A DNA stretch of 64,000 bases, from the NCBI GenBank assembly GCA_965240325.2, contig OZ251237.1, positions 1,488,001 to 1,552,000 of the forward strand. Reading direction: 5' to 3'. A program made the translations under genes and the position numbers. Origin of the DNA: Rebecca billardiae RCC1528. Its lineage: Eukaryota > Protista > Haptophyta. Under the pieces are notes generated by a model that saw nothing but the letters and a program-made list of their open reading frames with translations, ran no database searches and had not been told where the DNA came from. How positions within the stretch are numbered: position 1 is the first letter of the stretch; the number at the start of each line of letters is the position of its first letter. Shown in pieces: positions 1 to 9,508 of the stretch.

Positions 1-756
1 TCGATTTAGGTGTGATCAAATTAAAGGCGCATATTTGCGAGAGCATATCACCGGCCCTTGCTCCCCTGATTAGTAGATTTGATTGCGTTTCCATACTGCC
101 CCTTAAGTTTAATAAGATAGTAAATTGTAATAGAAGAAATTGAAATAAAATACTGAAATACGGGACAAAGTCAGTCAGACATCTCAGCACATCTGTCATC
201 TCTACCTTTCTACTGATAGTCAAGATTCGCCTGTTGAACTGATTACAAACTGCTGAAACAAGGTCTGAGATATCGAACCGATTCTCTTGAGTCTTGATAG
301 TCGTTCACTCCTCAGATTCATAAATATAAAAGCGACGAGATGTCATTGCGCGGCGGGTAGCCCGAACCGGCGTTCCGCCGCGCACAGGCGGCCTGATATC
401 ATACTCCTGCGCTGATATATACTCTTTGTCTACTGATGCGAAGTCAATGCGGGTGGCAATCCATTCTTGTATTATATTTATTACATATAGCTAGTCAGGC
501 GGTAGTAAGATCTCTCCTGGCAACTCCCTGAAAAGGGTGGCTGGCGGTATCTTTGATTGATGCTATTTCTTTGAAGCGAAACGCCGTCTTTTTTGAGCGT
601 GCCGCTCTTATTATAATAGGGGCCGACGAATATGTGCCTCAGCAAAAATACCCAGGTGCGTAGCCGTCGGAGCTTACTCCGTACTCGTCTGCTGACCCCA
701 CTACTGCGGCGGCGACGGCAGATGCCACCGCCGGGCCGAGCGCCTTCCGGAGCACG

Positions 757-893
757 ATCATCACATCATCATCATCATCGTCATCATCATCATCACATCA
801 TGATCATATCATATCATCATCAATCATCAGGCATCATCATCGTCGTCATATAATTATATCATCATCACACACACACACACACACACACACACC

Positions 894-944
<51 letters not shown>
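757..944. repeat. Compound microsatellite (CAT)n-(CA)n-(TA)n
   Basis: Direct reading: imperfect CAT run 757-865, CA run 866-933, TA run to 944. Confidence 0.95.
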
Positions 945-1024
945 GTCTAGCCGTCCTCGAAGCGCCTGCGCCATCCAGATGCAGCGAGGAGGCGAGGCAC
1001 ACGCCGGGCAGGGCGGAGCCACGC
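945..1024 (-). mobile_element. 80-bp mini-element with termini resembling the 1035-2614 element
   Basis: Bounded by (TA)n on both sides. The minus strand reads ATATAT-GCGTGGC...GGCTAGAC-ATATAT, compared with GTGGCG...GGCTGAGAC for the larger element. Confidence 0.4.
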
Positions 1025-1034
1025 ATATATATAT

Positions 1035-2614
1035 GTGGCGTTATTGGCACAATAACTGAGTGTCTACGAGCGACACCAAGATCCGGCTCGCTTGGCATCA
1101 TCAACCAGCTGTCCGGCCGGGGCGCCCGCCGCCCAGCGCGCGCAGTCCTGGTCGGACCCCTTTTCGGCAGCCAATCCGGTCGGCACCGGGCACCGCCTGC
1201 AGGACTTGCTCGGCGATTCCTGTTCCATCCGAGGCGACTCTTCTGGCCTCGGCGCGGCTCGGCCCAAGGTACGGGGGCGCCATGACACAAGGCGCCGAGC
1301 CGAGCAGGGGGCCCACGACACCGCACGCTACACTCTCCTCCGACCACTCTTGTGAGCTCGGCACACAGGAGGTGTATACGCTGCTTTGGTAGTCCCCTCT
1401 GCTCGGTGAGGTTGCTGCTGTCAGCGCCTCCGCCCTGCAGCGCCGCACCGCAGCCGCGTCGTCGCTCGTCCGGCATCACATTCTCGTCCAGCAGCTCACG
1501 TGCTGCTGCGTCAGCTCCGCGGCGGCGGTTCACTGTTTGCCCACCCTCCCACCCTCTGTCTGGGATAACGGTGCTGTGCAACCCGTGCTGTCTGGTCAGC
1601 CAGATCGGCCGTCGACCTCCGTGACTGACGGACCTCACGGGCGCCCTCTCGACCACGGGCAGCTGCGCCTCCGCACTGCCCGCGCCCGTCGTTCGTTGGT
1701 AGTACCTTGGGCCGAGCCGCGCCGAGGCCAGAAGAGTCGCCTCGGATGGAACAGGAATCGCCGAGCAAGTCCTGCAGGCGGTGCCCGGTGCCGACCGGAT
1801 TGGCTGCCGAAAAGGGGTCCGACCAGGACTGCGCGCGCTGGGCGGCGGGCGCCCCGGCCGGACAGCTGGTTGATGATGCCAAGCGAGCCGGATCTTGGTG
1901 TCGCTCTTAGACACTCAGTTATTGTGCCAATAACGCCACGTCTAACCACTCCGCCATGCCCTGCTCGCTCGAAGCGTCGAGCACGACCGAGAGCTGGATG
2001 GTCGTGGCGTGAACTGCGTCTTGGGACAGTCCACGATGATGATCATGATTGGGACACGATCATGTTACATAGGTCGGGATTTTACCAACGAACGACGGGC
2101 GCGGGCAGTGCGGAGGCGCAGCTGCCCGTGGTCGAGAGGGCGCCCGTGAGTCCCGTTTATAAGTTAGAGCGGGCGTCCAAGTCGTGGTTGATGAATCCCG
2201 TTAAAAGAAGAGAAAGATTGGGGACTGCGCGTAGCGTTCACGCGCGCGCGGTGGCGCGGTGTGTGCCGCGTGTTGAGCGAGAGCGTGCGGCACATGGCGC
2301 GACGCGCGTGCGCGAGGCGTGCGCATATCTCAAACAGTGAACCGCCGCCGCGGAGCTGACGCAGCAGCACGTGAGCTGCTGGACGAGAATGTGATGCCGG
2401 ACGAGCGACGACGCGGCTGCGGTGCGGCGCTGCAGGGCGGAGGCGCTGACAGCAGCAACCTCACCGAGCAGAGGGGACTACCAAAGCAGCGTATACACCT
2501 CCTGTGTGCCGAGCTCACAAGAGTGGTCGGAGGAGAGTGTAGCGTGCGGTGTCGTGGGCCCCCTGCTCGGCTCGGCGCCTTGTGTCATGGCGCCCCCGTA
2601 CCTTGGGCTGAGAC
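1035..2614 (+). mobile_element. Non-coding element with crossed inverted repeats (A B - C A' - C' - B'), DIRS-like architecture, inserted in (TA)n
   Basis: A 1035-1272 pairs with A' 1702-1939 (238 bp, one mismatch seen). B 1262-1539 pairs with B' 2331-2608 (278 bp). C 1634-1701 pairs with C' 2083-2150 (68 bp). Both flanks are TA runs. The repeats are certain; the DIRS assignment is inference. Confidence 0.7.
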
Positions 2615-2643
2615 ATATATATATGTATATATATATGTATATA

Positions 2644-2704
<61 letters not shown>
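2615..2704. repeat. (TA)n microsatellite
   Basis: Direct reading. Confidence 0.97.
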
Positions 2705-2705
<1 letters not shown>

Positions 2706-4375
2706 GGCCCGCGGTGCAGGGCGGAGCGCGCAGCGTGGAGCCCGCACCAGCGGGCCCGAACAACGTTTCAAAAAGATCTTTGATCAAGAAAAAAGGGACG
2801 GGGGACGATTTTCATGGCTGGAGGAGACCGAGTTTCGATTTTGAGACGACTCCCTTACAGGTGCATTAGCGTCGAAAAAGGTCGCGCCCACGGCAAGTTC
2901 AGAATAGTAAAGCGTGGAGTGACGCCCGTCCAAAAAACTTCACGCCCTTTAGGATCCCTAACGTAACGAACCGTTACAAGCGATTTTTCCGGCCAATGAG
3001 ATTGCAGCAAGGTCCAAGGAGCGATGACGTATATCACATCTAGATAGAGATTGCCGCGAACCGATGTGACCATACGTACGTCCCTTGAATCAGTTGAATC
3101 AACTATTCAATCGCGCCGTGTCTGTATCAGGAGCCGACGAGGCAAGGGTCAGTAGCCGATGGGCCAACCTCGGCGAATCTCAATACTATCTGACACCGGA
3201 AGCGGTCGCTCGGGAGCCGGGGCGCGCGGCGGCCCGCGTTTTCTACGCCACGGCTGCGGCGAGACCGCGAGAGGATGAGGCGAGCTGACGAGCGACCGAC
3301 GGGTGAGGACGGCGATGGGCAGGTGCGCGCGGCGAGTTGCGCCTGGAGCGCGCGGCTGCGGCGGGTCCCGACTGCCGTCGACATCGCGTTCGTGCCCCCG
3401 CTCACTCCGCGCGCCCCCGCCGCCCCGTGTCGATGCCTGCGCGCGGCCGCGCGCCGGTCGGCGCCCTAGGCGCCCCGGCCGCGCCGCGGCAGCCGCCCTG
3501 TATTCGGGCTCTCGCAAGCTCGGGGGCAGCGGCGCCTGATGCCGGACTGATCGATCTCTGAGTCAGATTCGACTTCACCACGCGCCGCCCTTGCCATGCC
3601 TTTCCGGGGAGCGCCGACGATCCGAGTCCATCGTCGACGGTCTGACTCTGAGCGAGGGCTACGCCTCGGAACTGAACGGTACTCTACGAGGAGGACGAGC
3701 TGCGCGGGCGACGGTGGTGCGTGACGTCCCCAGAGCTGGCTGTGCCTCTGCAACGCGTGCCGAGCCTGATCGAGGTGTGTCAGCCCGTGCACGCGCGGCG
3801 TGCGCGAACGATCCGTGACTGGTGCCCAGTCGCACCTCCGACCTCGGCACCGTGCTCCCTCGGGCTGTCAGCTCCGCGTGGCCTGGCGTGCACGTCGAGT
3901 TGCGCTCATGCGTCGATCACGCCTCGCGCCCGCCTGTCGGCCGTCGCGCAGGCGCTGGTCGAACCCTACTCGGACCAGTGCAAATCACCTAACTATCCTG
4001 GCGCTGCCGCGGTGCGTGGTGACCCGCGGCGGGACAGCGGTCAGTCAGCAGCAGCGGCCCGAACGAATCCGCGGCCCCGCACCGTGCTCCCTGGCTGTCA
4101 GCTTCGCGTGGCCTGGCGTGCACGTGGAGTCGCGCTCATGCGTCGATCACGCCTCGTCGCATCCGCCTGTACACAATCGGCGCCGCGCCGGCGGCTGCGA
4201 AGTGCGCCGATGGGCCCGCGCCCCGGGCGCGGCGGGCGGCGGCGCGCCGCTGGAGTCTAGTTGTACGGGCATGCAACTCCGGGTCTGTCAATAGACGACT
4301 GCGATGGAGGGTGCACCGCCACCGCGGGCCCTGAACTACGTTCGTTCTACGGAAAAGGACCGCGGAACGCGGTCA
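2705..4375 (+). mobile_element. Asymmetric-end element copy E1 (Helitron2/Helentron-like, non-autonomous)
   Basis: Left end TGGCCCGCGGTGCAGGGCGGAGCG... (~145 bp near-identical to E2/E3). Right end has the subterminal inverted copy CACCGCGGGCC (4320-4330) and the terminal hairpin GACCGCG-GAA-CGCGGTC-A. Internal ~80-bp direct repeat at ~3849-3926 / ~4080-4155. Confidence 0.8.
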
Positions 4376-5874
4376 TTTATATTGTGGCTGTGCGCATGCA
4401 CGGAGATATGCGCCGTAAGCGTCTCGGCACTGCTGCTTGCCCTCGTGGCAGTACGACTGCGCGCGGTGGAGGTGATGGTGCAGGTACGGTGCCACGTCTG
4501 TGAGCAGCGCCTGTGGGCAGGCTAGACCGTGAGATCGCCTGTGCCTGTGCGCCTGTGCAGCCGTGCTGTCGCTGCTGGGCAGCATTCGCATCAGCCTGCA
4601 CTCGCCGAGCCCGTCGCCGAGCGCGTCGTGCATCCTCCGAATCACCGCAGCCTCTGCGTGCACCTCCTGTGGCGCGCTCGCCCACAGTGCCTCGAACTTG
4701 CGCGAAAAGTGGCGGTACAGATGGCTGTCCACCGCGTTGAGTGCCAGCACTCGGTGCTGCTGCGATTCGGTAAAGTGCGCAGAGCCCAGGGAGCTGCGGT
4801 TTGACTTTTGGCGCACGCTCGCAAACTCCTCGAGGGCGACTCGGTGCGCGCCAATGCGGTGCCGCAGCAACGCGAGGCCCTCGGGCAGTCGCTCCAGGAC
4901 GAGCACGAGATCCAAGGTACCCTCCAACTCGCGCAGCCAGCGGTGCACACGGGTGTCGTTGTGGTCGTGCCGCGTGAAGCGCGCGTTGTCCTCAAACCGG
5001 TACCAGCCCAGATCGTGCGCCTGGTTGTTGATGAAGCGCACTGCGTCTGCGCGTGTGAAGGGGAGAGCAAGGGGGAGGGGGGCATGTGAGACGGGCGGGA
5101 CACGGCGCCATGCAGCCGGCACCCCTGCATTCCGCGGCGCGCGCACACCGACTTGGCCTTGCGGCAACCGACGCGTGCGCTCCAAGCGTCGCACAAGCCC
5201 TTCCACTGCCGAGCTACCGACTGATGGGTGGTACCAGTCAAGAGCTGAGCCCAGTCGCGACAAAGGCTCGCGCAGGACGGTGAACATGAGCGGCGCGATG
5301 TGGTAACGGGCGTACGCGACCATCGCGGGCGCGTCCAGTACGGCGTGCGATGCGATGATGTCGAACTGGTGCCGCGCGTGCGGGTAGCGCCTGCCCGGGA
5401 AGCTGCGCGGGTAATTGAGCGAGCTCGAGGCCATGGTGCACGGCAGCATCACCGTCAGGTTGCGCCAGTCGGCCATGCGGAGGAGCATGGTCGAGATCGA
5501 CGACGAGCCCGTCTTGTGCGTCTGCGATGCACCAGGGGCACGGTGTGATGGGCGCATACCATGGGAATCTCTGGCCGCAGATTGCCCCCCTCTGGCCGCA
5601 GATCGCACCGACCCACACGCGCGCGGGCGCGCGCGAGCACCTTGAGAAAGATGAGCGGTCGGAATGGGTGCACGGCGAGCTCATCGCGGATATACGCCGG
5701 GAGGAGGAAGCCGTCGATGCCGCCCAGGGGGCCGACGCTCGAGCTAGCGTTGGGCACCTCCAAGCTGCTCTCCACGAGCAGCATGGGCGGCCGACGTCGA
5801 GCCGCTGCAGCGCAGCAACGAGGGTGCGCTCGCCTGCGCGACCTGCTGCGCCTGGTGGCTCGTTCACGGCTCAT
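4373..5874 (-). CDS. Galactose-3-O-sulfotransferase family protein (2 introns)
   Basis: Splicing 5522-5640 restores the 5'-PSB motif IFLK|THKTGSS. Also seen: FTVLREPLSRLGS, INNQAHDLG, LDLVLVLERLPEGLALL and NAVDSHLYRHF, all typical of Gal3ST. Probable second intron ~5047-5148. Start codon uncertain. Confidence 0.85.
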
Positions 5875-6424
5875 CACGCCCGTTCATGCATTCATTAATG
5901 TACAACAGATAGAGTAGTACCCCTACATAGCTACTAGTGTAGTGCCAGTGGTACAGTATACTGTACGGTACTACAATGCTGTACCTCTCACGTCCGATGG
6001 CGGCCACCATGTGCGCGAGCCGCGAGGTACAGCGAAGCAGAATCGTACGCGTACATAGTATAGACGTACGACGATGAAAGATACATTGCCGAGTGGTGAG
6101 TCCGAAGTCTCACCGACACCGCGTGTGACTCGGTGTGTCAGTGAGTTCACTACGGTCAGATCGGTCACGCCCAGTGTTACAGTGTACGGACGCGCGAGCG
6201 GCGTGAGGGCGGACTGCGGCGGACGATGAGGATCGTGATGGCGCTGGCCATCCGAGCACGACGGCGGCAATGCTCGCATGCTTCAAGAATCAAGGGCCAC
6301 GGCACAGCAGTCGGCAGGCAGCATTGGCAGCGCCATCACCTGGGCGGGTGCGGGGGGAGCGGAGCGCTTTGCACCGCCGCCATCGAGCTCGCACCGCGTG
6401 AGGGCACGAGGCTGAGCGCGCTGC

Positions 6425-7845
6425 CTACTCAGCGGCAGCAGCGGCATCGTCGGCCGCTGCCTCCGGCTCTGCCGCGCCTTCGGCTGCGGCCGCGTCGCCG
6501 CTAGCCTCGCCTTCGGCAGCAGCCGTCTCACCGCCCTCCGCAGCAGCGCCAGCCTCGCCCTCCGCCGCAGCGGCGGCGCCGTCGTCGGCAGCTGCTGCGT
6601 CACCACCTTCGGCGGCGGCTCCCTCCGCGGCGGCTCCCTCTGCATCACCACCCTCGGTGGCTGCGGTTGCCGCGCCCTCAGCCGCTGCCGCCTCGCCCTC
6701 AGCGGCCGCCGCCTCGCCCTCCGCCGCTGCCGCCTCGCCCTCCGCCGCTGCCGCCTCGCCTTCCGCAACTGCCGCCTCGCCCTCGGCCGCCGCCGCCTCG
6801 CCCTCGGCCGCCGCCGCCTCGCCCTCGGCCGCCGCTGCTTCGCCCTCGACCGCGGCTGCTTCGCCCTCGATCGCCGCCGCCTCACCCTCCGGGGCGGGTG
6901 CGCCCTCGGCCGCCGGCACACCCGCGCTCTCACCGTCCGCTGCTGCATCAGCGGCGCCCTCCGCGGCCGCCTCCTCCCCGGCAGCGTCGGCGTTCACATC
7001 TGGCTGCGCCGCGACGGGCTCGGGCGCCGGCTCGGGCTTCTTCTCGGCGGCGGGCTCCGCTGCGGCCGCGGTCGCGCCAGCATCAGCCTCCTCCTCCTCC
7101 TCATAAGCTTCGCCCTTCAAGAGCGCCGCGACAGCCTTGTGCCCGCGCTCGGTCGCCTCGTCCACGCACGACTTGCCGTCCTTGTCCACGAGCGACTGGT
7201 CCGCGCCTTTGCTCATCAGCGTCGACACACACTCCTTCTGCCCGCTGTAAGCGGCGTAGTGCAGCGCCGTCAGCCCATCCTGCACGGGGCAGGGCCGCGA
7301 TGGGTTGCGTAGTGACAGCGTGGGGCACGCGACGCGCGGCGTGAGCGGGCAGATGGTGGCGGAGGGCGTGCGCGCGATCGTGGGCTCTGCGTCGCCCCTC
7401 CCCCGTGCACGCACCCGATCCTGCACGTTCACGTTCGCGCCGGCCTCGATCAGAGCCAGCATCGCATCGGTGGATGGCTTGTCCGAGCAATACATCAGCG
7501 GCGTGAAGCCAACCTTGTCTGTGGCATCGACCTGTGCGCCGAGCGTGATGAGGGCCTTGATGGTCTCGGTCTGGCTCTTCCCAGCAGCGACGTGCAGCGC
7601 CGTCCATCCGTGCTGCGGGGCACGCACGGACGTAGCGCGCGAGCAGAGGGCGGGGGCCATCAGCCCCACAATGCATCGGGCGAGTGGGCGGGCGGGTGCG
7701 CGGGGCGATGGCGCACCTTCTCGCTGATGCCGTCCACGGGGATTCCACCCTCTACGAGCTTCTTGCACGTGTCCACATGGCCCAACGACGCGGCGAGCAG
7801 GAGAGGCGCCGGGTCAACAACCTTCTCGGGCGGGGCGTCACCCAT
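6425..7845 (-). CDS. Ankyrin-repeat protein with acidic Ala/Glu-rich repetitive tail (2 introns)
   Basis: Ankyrin motifs GWTALHVAA, GFTPLMYC and GLTALHYAA. GT-AG introns 7613-7716 and 7280-7414. (AEGEAAA)n tail. Confidence 0.9.
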
Positions 7846-8095
7846 GATCTTCGCGTCCCACCCAGCTCGGGGGTGCGAGAAGTAACGGGCCGCGGCGAAA
7901 CAGTTGTTTTCTTATTCGCGGAAAAATCGTCTGCCCCATCAAATCGCGGCAGAGCGGGACAGCTGCGTCCGCGTCCGGCAAGCCGTCCGCGTGGCCTTCC
8001 CACCGCGGCGGCCGCGGAACCAGCTTGGACTGAACCGCTTTCGTCACAAGCTTCACGCACGCGCTCCGCTCTCGCCGCACGCTCCTCGGCGGAAG

Positions 8096-8992
8096 ATGGC
8101 AGGGGAGATTGGGTCTGATGTGGCGCCGCCTTCGCCCTCGCGCAAGCCCACTGACATGAAGTACGAGCACGCCCGCCTGCTCATCCAGGGCAAGACTCCG
8201 CAGGACCTGCTCGCCGATCGGATCCGCAGCGACGGCGCCATCATCGGGAAGACCCTCAAGGTGAATGCCTTCATCAACCACCAGGTGGACTGCCACCTGA
8301 TGAGCGTGTGTGGGCACGAGCTTGCCCGCCGCTTCCGTGGGCTGGAGGTGACCAAGGTGCTCTCATGCCCCGGCAGTGGCGTCATGCCAGCACAGGTACG
8401 CGCGCGTGTGCGCCAGCGCTGGCTGAATGCGGCGCGCCCGCGCGTCGCTGACGCAGGCCCATGCGCGGCGTCGCCGCGCGACCTCGGCAGGCATGCGCTC
8501 TGCACATGAGCATCCCACTCGTCTTCGCCACGGACACCCCACCTCTCGTGCGCCCGGACGGCATTGTGTACGATTCCGAGCTCACGGAGACGAGCCTCCA
8601 GCGCCCCAGCTACAAGCTCCATCTCTCGAGCGAGTTCATTGGCCCGGGGGACCGCTTGCTCATCATCGACGACATGCTCTCCCGCGGCGGCACGGCCAAG
8701 TGCCTCGGCGCGCTCGCTTCCAAGGCGGGCGCCACCGTCGTTGGCGCAGGTGCTGGCCTCGCTTGCGCGGGCGCGTCGCACGGCATGCGCGCTCGCTTCG
8801 CGCGCTGCGCCCGCTCACCCGTGTCACCTGCCGGCCGCCCGACCCTGCGCCGCAGGCTTCATGATCGAGAAGGAGTTTGAGAACGGGCGGCAGGTGGTCT
8901 CCAACTCGCTGCAGCTGCCCGCGCAGCGCGTGCAGTCTCTTGTGCGCATCCGCAGCATCGATAACGGCATCGTAGACTTTGTCGAGTCGTAG
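8096..8992 (+). CDS. xpt: Xanthine phosphoribosyltransferase-like protein (bacterial Xpt type; 2 introns)
   Basis: LKVNAFINHQVD matches the Xpt N-terminal signature. PRPP-binding motif LLIIDDMLSRGGT and GAGFMIEKEFENGR. Introns 8396-8490 and 8750-8855. Confidence 0.8.
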
Positions 8993-9508
8993 GCGATTGC
9001 GTGCGCAATGCCATCGCTGACCCTGGAGTCAGAAAGCGGTGCCAAGAGCCTCGCCCATCCAACGTACCTTCGTGGGGATCAAGCACCGCGGCCTGGACGC
9101 TCTGGAGGCCAGGAGTGTGCTGGGCGTGCGTGCATTATGCGGACTGAACATGCGGCTCACGGCAATAAAATCTGCCAATGATAACCGACTGATCCGGCAT
9201 CCGCCGTTCCGAGTGCGGAGTGGTCTGTTGGGCGGCGCGGGCCTCGGTCGGCCGGTGGCGGCGCTAATGCGGGTGAGTAGTTTAATGTAGTTGCAGAGAC
9301 CCTGTATGATTTATATATATAATAACGCTGATAAGCGTATACCGTCGTATTAACTTTATTACTACTAAGCGCACGCCCGCGGCGTATCGATGCTCACTAT
9401 ACTAGTTACTACACATATGATGCGCTGCATCCGCCTGCATCGCCATCGAGCTCCGACCCCGGCCCCCGGTGTCACTCCCGGAGTCCATTCTTATAATAAT
9501 GTTATTAA

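Noticed and set aside
865-2844. ORFs of 85-349 aa with repeated peptides
   Set aside because: Products of the inverted repeats and microsatellites, with no recognisable domain.
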